From a virus: a DNA stretch of 64,000 nt. Location of the stretch: positions 19,495-83,494 of the IMG/VR virus record IMGVR_UViG_3300035698_005399; one strand, 5' to 3'. Shown in pieces: positions 20,314-34,300 of the stretch (position 1 is its first letter; each line of letters starts with the position of its first letter). Under the pieces are notes generated by a model. That model did no database searches. It saw only the letters and a list, made by a program, of their open reading frames with translations, and was not told the origin of the DNA. A program made the translations under genes and the position numbers.

Positions 20314-22308
20314 ATGATCTCACCAGGAATGCAACCCGCACAAGGGCCAAGTCAACATAAATTCTATGAATTACCAGCTAATGAAATATTTAAGCTGGTT
20401 AATCAAAGACAATCAACTTATGACGTACAAGCAGAAAAACTTGGTGCCATGAGTGATATGATGAGTGCGTTAGACATTCATGAAAATTATCATCCAGAAT
20501 ATGGTAAGCAGGTAGAGGCTATTACTAGTGAAATTGATAGATTAACTAATGGTCAACATGACCTAACACAACCAGATGGGATTCGTTCACTAAACATGCT
20601 TAAGCGCCGTGTAGGTAGACAGTTTGGTCCAGATGGTGACTTTGGCATTATGGCGCAAGCAACTAGTCAATATAGAAAACAAGCTGCTCAATATGATGAA
20701 ACTTATAAAGATAATCAGAGATGGGCCGCTGCTTATAAAGAAGGATTATCACCCGCAGGATTAGAAAAAGATCCCATTACAGGACTTAGAAATCTTACAC
20801 CCTCACAGTCTTTATTTGCTGCCGAACCCGTAACACAAGAAGCCATAAATAAAGCTAGTATACAAGCCATCAGCGCGGTTGCTTCTAGTACTATTGGTCA
20901 AGAACTTGGAATTGTGGATGTTGAAGGTTTAGTTAAAGTCCTTAAATCAAGTTCAACCGAAGCCGTTCAAAAAAAGGAATTAATGAGGATATTGGATACA
21001 TATCTAGATGGTAATGGTGAATTGACTAAAAGTAGAATGATTGAAAATTTGATTGATATGAAGGGAAATCCTATATTTGATCAAATGTCTGAACAAGAAA
21101 GATTAGAAGATGCTGAAGAAATGGCTAGAGAAGATGTGCTATCTATAATTACAGGCATAGCAGATCCCGCAGCATGGGAGAAAATTAATAATTCAATCAG
21201 TGTGCTTAGTGGAGATGACAAAGACGACGGGAATAATATAAATGATCCTAGTGCAAAATATGAACCGGCTAAACCTGGAAATAAGGATGATGAACTAACT
21301 GGAAAAAAAGGACAAGAAGCACTAGGTCTTGTTAATTGGGACGGAAAAAATAATTCTATTCCTCCTGATTTTATGGAATATCACGATAAGGTTGAAGAAC
21401 GTATTCTAAATGGTGGTGGCCATAATACAGTAGAAATAAGAATGCAACAAACATATGATAGATATGAGCGTGAAGGTAATGAAAAAGGTGCCGCTAAAAT
21501 GTTAGAGAATATAAAATCACATGCTCAAGAAAGATATGATAAAGAATATGGTGGTAATAGAAAAAAATATGAAGAAATCACAACTAGATTAAATGACAAC
21601 GGGATTACATTTGCTACACCTGAAGAAGAAATTGCATTTGTACAAGAAGCTTATACAAATGTGTCTAGACAACTAAGTGCTCCTGTATTCATACCTAGAA
21701 ATCAATTAAAAGATAGTTGGTCAGGATTAAAAACTTCACTTGAAGAGGTTATGACTGTTAATCTTGATATGATGGTTACTCCTCACGATAGTTATTCTAA
21801 TGAACCACAAAAAATACATAAGTTTATTGCTGGGCCAGAAGGATTAGGACATGGGGTAGAACCATACGAAGCAAAAAGATTTACAAATCCACAAATTACT
21901 GGTATTCGAGATGATGGAAAGATAATAATGAAAGTTACTGTAAAGCACGGTAAAGTTCAAGAAGACGTATCATTTGCAACGAAAAGTAATATGGAAGCAT
22001 TTACCGAATCCACACGATTAAATAGTCAAGTATATGACATTCTTAATGATGAAGATAACAAATTAGCATTGAGCATGGGGGAGGCAATTGATCTGTATAC
22101 TCCCGCAACATATATGGTTACTGATACTGAATCAGGTGAACAAATTATGTTAGAAGAACCAAAAGTACAATTGGTATTAATTAATCCAGAAACACATGAG
22201 TTGTTTAGTGAGCCCCATGTCATAATGGATGGTGAATATGATATGCCATTATCAAGCTATAGAAGGCAAAACGAACAATACTTGATGGAAGTATTATCAC
22301 AATATTAA
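20314..22308 (+). CDS. Internal virion (cargo) protein
   Basis: 664 aa, helical, directly upstream of the vRNAP gene; no motif recognised. Confidence 0.55.
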   Translation: MISPGMQPAQGPSQHKFYELPANEIFKLVNQRQSTYDVQAEKLGAMSDMMSALDIHENYHPEYGKQVEAITSEIDRLTNGQHDLTQPDGIRSLNMLKRRVGRQFGPDGDFGIMAQATSQYRKQAAQYDETYKDNQRWAAAYKEGLSPAGLEKDPITGLRNLTPSQSLFAAEPVTQEAINKASIQAISAVASSTIGQELGIVDVEGLVKVLKSSSTEAVQKKELMRILDTYLDGNGELTKSRMIENLIDMKGNPIFDQMSEQERLEDAEEMAREDVLSIITGIADPAAWEKINNSISVLSGDDKDDGNNINDPSAKYEPAKPGNKDDELTGKKGQEALGLVNWDGKNNSIPPDFMEYHDKVEERILNGGGHNTVEIRMQQTYDRYEREGNEKGAAKMLENIKSHAQERYDKEYGGNRKKYEEITTRLNDNGITFATPEEEIAFVQEAYTNVSRQLSAPVFIPRNQLKDSWSGLKTSLEEVMTVNLDMMVTPHDSYSNEPQKIHKFIAGPEGLGHGVEPYEAKRFTNPQITGIRDDGKIIMKVTVKHGKVQEDVSFATKSNMEAFTESTRLNSQVYDILNDEDNKLALSMGEAIDLYTPATYMVTDTESGEQIMLEEPKVQLVLINPETHELFSEPHVIMDGEYDMPLSSYRRQNEQYLMEVLSQY

Positions 22309-22312
22309 AATT

Positions 22313-25300
22313 ATGAGATCAGTTAATGCTGGTGGTTCTAAAGAGCCAATTAAAACAGGAGAAGTAGTTAATTCAGGTAATACTGATAATTCAATTGAAT
22401 TTAAAAAATTAAGATCTGTAAACCCCTCATCGGGTACAAGTTTTTATGCTCCTGATCCAAAAGGGCAACATCAAGGATTAAATCTAGAAGATACTTATAA
22501 TCAAGAATTAGTAAATAAGGTTATTGCAAATAATCAATCAGGTTATGATAAAGCATTTAATGCTATTGTTGGTGGTATTGCATCTGGTGGTTTAACTGCT
22601 GTTGAAGACTTGAGTTATATGGCTCAATCTGCCGCAGACCTTCTCAGTAAAGGTAAATTGATTGATGAGTGGGAAAGAAATGCTGTTGCTGAAGCAATGC
22701 AAAAAGCTAAAGAAAACTTATCAGAAGCGTTACCTATTTATGGTAATCCTATGGGATTTTGGAATTCTACTAAATCAGTACTTGATTCAGCTATTGGATT
22801 TGCATTACCCGGCGCTTTGGCTATTAAAGGTGTGTCTGCTATTCAGAAACTACCAAGAGCCTTACAGCTCGCAACACGTTCTAAGAGAGCACATGCTTAT
22901 TTAGAAATGATGCGAGCTAGTGGTGGAGTAGAAAGAATTACTAATGCTCTTGCCGCAGGTACTTTACAGAACCATGCTGAAGGTGTTATGATGGGAATGG
23001 AGGTATATGAAAATACTTTAAATAATCAATTAGAAGCAAATCCTAATGCTACAAAAGAACAAACAGATAGATATGAATTAGCAGCTAATGATGCTGCTGA
23101 TAGATTTTTAGTGGCTAACAGAGCAATGATTTTAAGTGACGCGTTTAGTTTACATGGTATTTATCAAGGTAAACAAATGGTGCGTAATTTAATGAATGCT
23201 CCAGGTTGGCAAAATAGATTTCGTCAATTTGGTACAAGCTTAGTTAAACCTAATGCTGACAACCTAATTTTACAAAATGCTAAAGAAGGCGTTGAAGAAA
23301 TCTATCAAGGTGTACAACAAAAGGAACAAGAATATCAAGCTTTAAAGAGTGCTAATTTAGATATTAGTACATATGAAGCAGAAACGTTTGATAGAATTTG
23401 GGGCTTTATTACAGAACCCACTACATTATATGAAGGACTATTAGGATTTGTTGGCGGTGGCGCACAGAGAATTATAACAGAGGCCGCAGCAGGCAAATTC
23501 TCTTCATCATCTAGAGCACAAAAGGCTCAAGCATATGAACAACAACAAGCAGTAATTCAAGCATCACAAGAATATCTAGATGGTTCATTGCGTGATGTTA
23601 GAAAAGTTGTAAATTTTGTAGAGCAAGCATCAGGAACAGAGTCTAGTGTACTAGGCGAAACAGTAATGGATAAAAAATTCATTGAAATTGCTGTAATGAA
23701 CTTTGAAGCAGGTACCACGGAATCATTAGAAAGACAATTAGATGCTATTATTGAGAATGAAGAAGGTACTTATGAAAAAGAAGCTATTAGTGATGCTAGA
23801 CGACATAAAGAATTATTAGGCAAATTAGAAACTCAATATATTAAATTTGCTAAGTATGAAAATCAATTAACTTTATTTGATAATAGACAAGCATACGATC
23901 TAACTAATAGATATGCTGATGATGTTAACAAGAGAAAGCAAATAGCATTTACAACATTACAAAAAGAAGCTGCCTTATTAGTTGAAGGACAAACTATTGC
24001 TCAAGATGAAAATGGTGTTATTAAAAATGCTCCATTCATACTTGATCCTACTTCAGATACTTTAATAGGTGTTGATGATGCAGCTAAAGAAAAATATGAA
24101 AAGGCTCTAAATCAATTAAAAGATACAGAAGCTTACAAAGAGTGGAAGGCTTTAAGTAATCAACATGATAAATTACTTGGTAAAAGAAAACTATTAAATG
24201 ATGCATATAAAAGAGATATTGATCCAACCAGACAAGTAGATTTATACAGAGTTAGAAAAGAAAAGGAAGAAAAAATTGTTAAAAGGGCTGCAGAAATTGT
24301 TCAAGAAGAAATTGATGCTGCACAAGAAGCAGCAGTAAATGAAAGTATAGAGAAGAAAAAAGCAGATGCTCCAACAAAAGCAAAAGCTAAGCCTACAGAA
24401 ACCACTGAAGAAAAAACTACTCCTCTTAGTGAACAAGAAGAAGCTGAACAATCATTTCTACCAGTACCTCTTGCTACTAATGAAGATGGTACTACACAAG
24501 AAGGACAAGATGAATCTACTACTGAATCATCATTAGAGGCCATGTCTAAAGAATTGACATCTACTGGTCTTATGACTGCTCCTGAACTTGATAGAGTTGA
24601 TGAGGCTAGAAAGATATTAGCTAAAATTAAAGCTGATATTGCAGAAGGTATTAAGAATGGTTTAACTGTAGAACAAATTGTAGCTCAGGTATTGTCTAAA
24701 GGATATAATTTTAGTTCAGATCAAATTGATAGTTTATATGATTATATTGAATCGCGTATTGAAAGATATAATAGATTAGGCGCACGAGATTCTTTAGATC
24801 CAATTGGTGATCTTAGAGAATTACATGAGGCTGAAGCATTAGCTGAAACAGAAGAAGAAAAAGGCGAAGTTGAAATTGCAATTGCAGAAATAAACAAGCC
24901 TTCGGTATTTGCACCAGTTGATGCTCAACAATTATTTGATCATTACATAGAAACTATTAAAGGAGCAATTACTCCTTGGAGTACAATAGAAGATATTATT
25001 GAAGCTCTTAAAGCTTCTGATGCTGATTTTGCTGATAGATATGAAAGAACTGATAAAGAAACTTTTCATGCTAAAATTGATAACTTAGTTACTGAATTTC
25101 TTAATGATGCGTTTGAAGAAGAAGTTGACCAAAATCAAAGACGTTTAGAAGACGATAGACAGAAAGATGAAGTTACTCAAGAAAAAGAAGATGCTGTTGA
25201 AAAAATTGATGAAAAAACCAAAGAAAGTACTGTTCTTAATTTGGAAGGTGCTGTTATTGGATTAACATATAGAGCTAGTATTTCGAGTAGTGGTGATGTT

Positions 25301-28300
25301 AATGCTGAAACAATTGAAGACTTAGAGGCATTTATTTTTGATAACCCTTGGTATAATAGTCTTATTCTTGACAGAGAGCATATTAAGGTTGGTTCAAAGC
25401 TTACATTAAGAGTAATAGACCATCGTAGAGATGGTAAAAAATGGACACATAAAGTAAAAGGCGTTGATGTAAACCAAGATGTATTTAAGGAAGAAGTTCC
25501 TATTGAAGAATATATGGACAAAGTATACATTGGTGCTTTTGATAGCAATGATGAAATGATTGGTTTAGTATATGCTCCATTCCAAGTATCAAATTTTAAA
25601 GGCAAGCAAGCTAATAGAAAAATTAGACAGGCTGTTGTTGAAAATGGTGATGTTGAAATGGAAGTAGATACTATTACGGCTGGTGCGATAGCTCGTATGG
25701 GCAAAAGGGCTGCTTTCGCAACTAATATGCCAGATAGTCCTATTTTATTAAATGATGGTACTATATTTACAGGCGATCACCCTCCTAAAGGATTTCCATT
25801 ATTATTTAAAGGAGAAGATATTAAGTCATATAGAGGTACTACATTTACTTATATTCAAACAGTGGATGGGCCAATTCCAATTCCTTTAAACGTAAATAAA
25901 GCTAGAAATATAGATGGCGTTATAGACATCTTGATTAAAGCTACAGAAAGCTTTTTCACACAAGATACTAAATCAGCAACAGAATTTAGAGACACCATTA
26001 AAGAAAAAACCAATATTGATATATTTAGTGAAGCAGGATTAAGAGCTTTCTTTAACAGATATGTATATGCTGCTGATGGCGGTATTATGAGCGATATGGC
26101 AAAAAGAAAATCTACATATGGTGGAGTTTCTATTTGGAATAGAGAAGGAGTATCTATTGTTGAATATGGTTTAGGTGGTGAAAAGAAAACAAATAGTTTC
26201 AGTGCTGCAAGAATGGAATCTAATCCAGAAAACTTGGGTGTGGCTATGAAATCTTTAAGAAATGCATTAGCTCATACTTTCCTTAAAGTAAATAAAGCTA
26301 ATCTGGATGGGTTAGATAGCAAATATACTGTATTAACTCTTGACAAAAATGGTAGCATTCATGATATAAATGAAGGAAAAACATATAGAGAATTTCTTGC
26401 AGAAAAAGTATTTGCAACAAATGTTGCTACACCTAAGCTAAGCAATGGTAAGAGAGCACACACCATTAGTGATGTGATTACATTGAAACCTGTAGGAGAG
26501 CAGCTTAAAAGAGCTGTAGAGAATCCTACTGTAGAAGTAAATGAAAAAGAAGAAGAAGCTATAGAAAATACTGCTGAAACTAGAGCAAAAGCAATCTTGG
26601 CCAAAAGGAAAGCTAAAAAAGCTAATACTGACTTAGATGATTATCTACCAGATTTTGATTCTGATAAATCTGATACTAAATCATCACCAGACATTATAAC
26701 TATAGATAATGACGATTTATTAATTGAACATCTTACTTCTACGGAACAGATTCAAATTATAGATTATCTTGCTTCTGAAATTGCTAATCTGGCATTACAA
26801 AGTGATAATCTTAAAGCACAAGATGCTGATATAAGTGAAGTATTTAGAGGTTTTGAAAAAAAGCTTAGAGATTCTGTTGAGACACAAGAATGGTTGGCTG
26901 GAATAGATGACACATTTAATTTAGAAGCAGCTAAAGCCAAAGTTAAATCTCTTATTGCTAGAATTGATTTTCTTGAAAAATTAGTTAAAAATAGATTATC
27001 TGTTATTGGTGTTGTTAATGAAAATAACACAGAAGTTGCCGATACTTTAATAGAACGTAATACTTATAGTGAAGGATTTAGTCTTACATTAAATCCTAAA
27101 GATACTGCGGGTGCTAAGCTTAAGTATTGGTTGATGCGAATCAAGATGGAAGCCAATGGAGAGACTGTTCAATCAGATTTTACAGAAACCACAGGTGTAG
27201 AATTTGATAGATATATCCCATATGATCATGCTTTTGAAGTATTGAGTGAAATTACTGCAGGACATCCTGCTGATTGGGATACTATGTTAGAAGTCATTAG
27301 AATAAATCAAGGTAATCTTGTTTGGTTACCAGGTTTATATAATGAGATAAAAGATGTAAAAGACGAACAATTACAGAATCAGTTTATTACTGCTATGACC
27401 AAGCGTAATACAAACATGAAGAAAGCAGCATTTCGTCGTAATGCAGAAAATGAATTCTTCTTTTCTGTTATAGATGAAAACTCTAACTCTGTCACACAAG
27501 CTACTTTGGAAAAATGGCAAATTAACTTCTTGAATAATGAAAAAATGTTCATTCATAAAGAAGGCAAAAAGACATTAGATAAAGATCGTTTAAAAGAATT
27601 AGAAAGAATTCATGATGCATTAACTCTTCGTTTGATTAAAAGTGAAAATGTGCCACTAGCAGAAATCAATGAGTTGTTAGGAGAATTTGGTATCTCTATA
27701 TCTAAAAAGATTTATGATAAGCTTGCTTCTAAAAATAAAGATGGTCATTTAACTCTTTTTAGAAATGGTGAAAAATACACTTATAATATAGCTCAAGTTT
27801 TTCAAGGATTTGGTCCATTTAGTAAAAAAATATTAATTGCCCCATTAGCAAAAGATGATAGTATTACTGACGAGTTTAACTTGTTTAGTGATAACAGTTT
27901 ATTTTCAATGGCTAGATATGTTGGTCAACATGATCCAACACTTTCTTCTAACAGTTTTAGAGTAGGTGATAAAAGTATTTATGCATATCGCCTAAACAAC
28001 TTGATTACTGAAAGAATAGAAGAATTAAAAGACCCGCGTAAAGCTTTGCCATTAATGAAAATGGCTTACAACAAACACGCCGGTATTTTAGAACACATGT
28101 ATAAAAAAGAAAAAGGTGAATTTGTCTTTGATGAAAACGGATTACCCATTATCAAAGATGAATCATTTGTTGACTTGTTTCAAATATCAGACTTATCACT
28201 AGAAGCATTAAAAGACCTAACCTCTTCATTAGAAGGTGCTGGTCTTATAGATCTAGATGAAGGTAGTCATGAATTTGCTAAAGTTATTTTATACCAAGCT

Positions 28301-31300
28301 AAACAAAGAAGACTCAAGCACTCTCAAAAAAGAGTTGGTACTATGTTATTTCCAACTTTTTCTGATAAGACTGGAGCAGACATGGTGCAAACTTATCTTG
28401 AAGATGTAGTTTTAAATGATGATGGTACTTTATCAGATCAAACTGCAGAACTAATCTATCAAAGAGTAGTTAGACCTGAAGTAAATAGAATTAAAGCAAA
28501 TGCGAATCGTAAAGAAAAATATAACATCAAGTCATATAATGCTGGTGCCGCGTTATTCTATGCGTTTCCAGAACTAAATGATAGAGAAGCATTCCCAGAA
28601 CTATATGATAAGGGTATACTTAAGCCTATGGATATAGTTTCAAAGGCCGCTATTAGAAGTGCTATTAAAGCGCACTATCAAAAACTAATTGATAATAAAG
28701 TAGCGGACTGGAAGAAGCATGGGTTAGATGATAAAATGGATAAAAACTATAAGAAATTATTAAGAGAATCTATTGCCCAAAAAAATATCACTCCAGAACA
28801 TATGCTTAGGGCTGCTGCCGCTGATTTTGAAGTAAACTATACATTGAACACAGCAGATATGTTCAAATTGTTTCATGGTGATCCAGCATTATATTTTAAA
28901 ATTAGCGATAAGGATGTCAAAAACAAACAAAAAAACAAAAAGAATTTAAATGCTGCTGACTATATACAAATTGTAAAAGATACATTTACTAACGTTGGTA
29001 AACGTCTAGCTGCAGATATTGCACCGGGTCAAAACATTGCATATGATTTCAAATCAAGTTTCAGAATGGTATTGTTACCAGATCAGAAAAGGGAATCAAC
29101 GTCTTTACCTTATTACGCAAGACTTAAGATCAAAGGACTCAATGACTACAAAGAAATTGAAGGCGCAGATGCTCAAGAATTTACTACATTCGCTGAGCAC
29201 TTGGAGATACTTTTCAAAATGGGTAAGCTACCTACTGGAGTTTATAAAAATGCGTTAGAGAAATATACCACCTGGGTCAAAAAAGAAAAGGCTGGAATAC
29301 CTCTTACAAAAGATGATTATATTAGTAAGAAAGATTTAGGATTGGTGATGCAACCACTTAAACCAGTATATACTAATAACATCGCAACCGATGGTGTTTA
29401 TCGTAGAATTTATATCAAGTCTTCATCCATTCCATTACTTCCACAGTTAACCAACGGTTTAGAAATAGACAAGTTGCGTAAAGCTATGGAAAGAGATGGT
29501 ATTGATAGAGCTGCATTTGGTACTGCGTTTAAAGTAGGTGCTCCACTTAATCCTATTGAGGGCATGTGGAATCCCGATAGTACAATTAATGAAGATACAC
29601 TTAGCTTCAAAGATTCTCCTGCAGTATTAGTTCTTCCTAGAAAAGGATTTAGAATTCAACAAGAGATTCCTGATAAGGATGAACAGGTTAACCCTGGTTC
29701 ACAGGAAAGAAAGCTTCTATTCACTGACCTATTGCATATAGATGGAATGAAAGAGTTGAAAAATGAATTTAATTCCGCTTGGGATTCATTATTTGAATTG
29801 CGTAAAAAGGTATTGTATAACGAACTAAATGATGAAAATAATAAACTAGATTTCAATAAGCTTCAGACAATGTTAAAGGAAGAAGCTGTATCTCGCAACT
29901 GGCCTATCAATGATAGACTAGCATTAGAAGTAATGAATGATCAGTTCACACTGCCTCTATGGGCAATGCAGTCTAGAGGACGTATTGAAGCATTACTTAA
30001 TAGTATTATTGACAATAAAATTCGTAAGATTAAGTTTCCAGGCAAATCATTTGTACTTGCCACAGAAGAAGGTTTTAGACAACTACAGGGAACTGATTTA
30101 AAAAACAGTGGTATTAAGTTTAATAAATATTGGAAGGGCGAATTAACACATACTTCTGCTGACAAACAAACAACTGATGTAATTGTTCCTTGGAAATATA
30201 CTAATGATAAAGGTGAAAAAATACCCATCCCTTTAACTTCAGAAGGACTGGTTGATACTGATAAATTAGGTGATGAAGATTTAGGTAGAATGTTTGGATT
30301 CCGTATCCCAACACAAGGCTTGAATTCAATGGCTAACATTCGTGTAGTAGGGTATTTACCTGCTGAAATGGGTGATGTTATTATTGCATCTAGAGATTTT
30401 ACAAAGCAAATGGGTTCTGACTTTGATGTTGATAAATTATATTCATACAGAAAGCATTACTATACTGATAATCAAGGTAAGATAAGAACCATTACAGAAA
30501 AGACTATTGCTGCAGATCTCCCCAAACATATGCAAAACAAGCTTGTAGAAATGAAGTTGATTAATAAAATAATTGACATTCACTATCAAGTAATGGATAA
30601 TTCAGATGTGGAAATCCAAAAAAGAATTGCAGAACCACTATCTTTTCAAGAACTTAAAAAACAAGACGCTGAAGGTAATGAAATTGGTCTTGCTAAAAAA
30701 CATGATGATTTAAGAAATCAAAATACTGATAAGAGTTTCTTCTCACCAATGTCAAGTAATTATCAAAGAGGTAAATTGATTAATGGTACTGCTGGTAAAG
30801 CTGGTGTTGGCGCATTCTCGTTAGACTCTGTGTTTAATGCTATGATTCAAGGTAGAAATGTAACTGTTACTAATTTCCAAAAGACTATGTTTGGAATTAC
30901 AACTAATGGTGATTTAAGTAGTCCGTTTGTTCTATCAGATAATGGTAGAACTAAAGGAGAAGTTGTATCAGGATATCAGTCTGCTGCAGTTGATAATGAA
31001 AACGAACAGATTCTTGACAAGTTAAATATTAATAAACATACATTTGCTTTCATTCGTGCAATGAATCAATTAGGGTATGAAGAATCTCATGCGGCAGCTA
31101 TTTTAAATCAGCCAATTATTAGAAAACTGGTTGCGAGATTAGGTGCAGCAGAATCTCCTTTGTCTGATGATCAAGTAAATGATGATAGTGTATTACTAGA
31201 CGAACTTACAAAAGAATTTGAAGAAATCAAAATAAACCCAGATATAAACTTATCTGTTGAAGAATATGAAAAGGCTATCCCAGGTGATAAGAGTGTTCCA

Positions 31301-34300
31301 TACTATGCACAAATTCAAATAGAGGCTATTGAAAACTTTCTTACTATACGTAAATTAGGTAGAAGATTAGGTACCTTTCAAGGCTTAATGAATACAGACT
31401 CTGCAGGTATTGGTAAGAACATGATGTTTACTTTTACCAAGTATAATGATGCTCAACAAGCGGCCAAGCAATCTATTACTTTAGATGGAGAAAAAGGTAA
31501 TATTACGAATATGGATTCGTTAATTAATCCCAATGCAGAAACTCCTACTAATGAATTTTCTAGTATGTCTAACAGACATATATTAAAGACTGCCTATGAA
31601 CTGTTTGGAGTATTTTTTCCATATAATACACCAGGCTTTAGAGAAATGGTTCACCAAACTAGTACTGTGTCCAATGAAGACTTTGATAGTAGTTTGAACC
31701 AGAAGACTAATAATAGAAATAAATTATTTAGTCACTTTATGAGCTATACATATAGTGCAATGTTTGAAGATAATGAAAAATTATATTTTGATTCAAAAGA
31801 TAAAAATGCACTAGGACAGAATATTTTAAAGTTACAACAATCTGAAATCAAAGGAAATAAATTCTTACGAAAACTTAAGGTTAGGTTACAGAGAGGAATA
31901 ATTCCAACAACCATTACTATTAATGCTACTAAAGAAGATTCAAGTCAAGATCTTGACACTCACATTGCATTTACTGAGCTATTAAATTCTACACAAGAAA
32001 TTGATGGGGTTAGGGTCAGTGATATGGCTAGAGATCTTATTAGTTACGCATACTTAACTGGTGGACATCAACAAGCCACACAGTTTACAAAATATATTCC
32101 TGTATCATATTTAGTGAATACAGATTTTGCTGACAAATTGAACAAATTAGATTTCAATAACAAGGCCGCTTTATTAAATATGAATCCCAATATTCCAATA
32201 GAAGAACCCTTCTATAAAAGATTGGCCGGATTTACTATTCAATATGCTCAACATAATCCTTGGGTGCTTACACAAGATTCTACATTAGATCATAACAAAG
32301 AAGTTATCTACGATAAAACTATTGTAGATGAAGCTCCTAGTATTGTATCAAAAAGAGTAGAAGAACCCAGTGGTAAAGCCAAATGGGTAATCTTCATAAA
32401 GACTGATATTAATGGTGAACCCGCGCTTATGCGTACTGATAAACTTGGTGGTTCTCAAACAAGAGAATATAACAAGAATGAACCCACATCTAACAATACT
32501 AAATTTGATAAGACTAAGAATAAGAAAGTCCTTCAACCTAGTCCTAAAAAAGTTGATTCTACACAACCTAAATTGGTTGAACCAGCAAATAAAACTAATC
32601 CATTAAATATTACTGCAGGCAAGAATACTGATAATATATTAATTAGTATCTTATCACATCCTGATATTTCACCAGAACTAAAAGCATACGCACAAGAGCT
32701 TGCCGAACTGGGTATTCTTAATGACAATATTACATGGAAGATACTTGATAAAAGTAATCCGGCTAAAGGAAAGCATCACGGAAATGCTAAAGGTTCTACT
32801 ATATTTATTAATCCTGATAGACATGCTACTGCAGAAGACTTAGCAGAAACCATATTACATGAATTGACACATGCTATTACAGCATATCAGATTCACTCAT
32901 ATGAAAAGAATAAAAACTCTGTATCACCTAAGATGCAAGAGTCAATGGCTAAGCTGGAACAATTCATGGATAAAGCTCAAGAAATATTTAAAGAGCAAAA
33001 AGAAGAATTAAAGAAGAAACTAAGTACTGAGGAATTTAATAAATTAGAATATGCGTTAGGATTAAATGCGGCTAATAAAACACCTTTATCTGGGGTAAGA
33101 GAATTACTTGCTACAGCACGTACTAATAAGACTGTAAAAGACTTTCTTAATAATAATATATGGCAAGGTAAGAAATCTTTAATGGAAAGATTCTTAGAAC
33201 TAATTAGTAGAATCTGGAAAGACCTTGGTATTAAAAATGGTGGTGATGTGAGCAAAGGAGTATTGGCAGAGATGTATAATATTGTTCAAGAAAGTAATAA
33301 TGTAGCAAAAAAGCCAGATATTAATGATTCAGCATTAGGAATTAAAGATGATGCTTATTCTGATAAATTACCAGCTTTTACTGGAGATCAATGGAATGCT
33401 AAGAATGCTGCTGAGATTGAATTAGGCATGCGTCACAAAGATGGTGCACCTAAGAGATATTCTAATTACGAAAGAGCGTTAGCTAGGCTACAGGCATTAC
33501 GCAAGAAGCACCCACATAAGAAGATGAAGATGGCCAAGGTCATGGGTGAACCAGGAGATAATAGAGTCTATTATTCACCAGCTTTAGAAAATGAAATGTA
33601 TGATGATTATCTTCCAATGTTTGATTTGGATGAAGAATCAAGAGTATATGCAGACTTAGAATCTGTTATCAAGTCACAATTACAAGAGGTTAATAGAAGA
33701 ATTGGTGAATATAAGAACATTCTTAGGAATGAGCATATGTCTATAGCAGATAAGAGAGATGCTGTTGCTGCAATGGATAGGTTAAACACTAGAAGAAAAG
33801 ATTTAGCTGAGTCAGTTAAAGCTTCTAAAAAACTAATCTCACCAAGAGAATTAGGTCCATTTGGAGAAAAGCATTTACAAGAGATTGAAGAAATTGTTGA
33901 TAAGGATGATATGAATGCTTCTGAGATAGAATATGCAAATAGACTAATTCACTTATGGCAAGCTGCTGGCAAGAGAGATTTAAGACCAGATGAAGAACAT
34001 GTCTTCTTAACAAGAGAAGAATTAGAAAACGATATGTGGTTTGATGGTGATGAAACTTTTGCTGGATTCAATTATTATGCTAATAAAGCTGCTAAGTTTA
34101 AAAGTAAGCTGGCTAATAGAGAACGCGCTATTGTTGGAAATTTTGTAAGAAAGTATACTAGAACTGAATTATCAGATGATGATATTTTTGGTGCTATTAC
34201 TGATGCATACTTATTATCCTCAATGACATTAGATGTATCTAGACATAATGATCCAATGCTTAATGCAATCTTTATTGGAATTAAATCTAAGATAAAAGCT

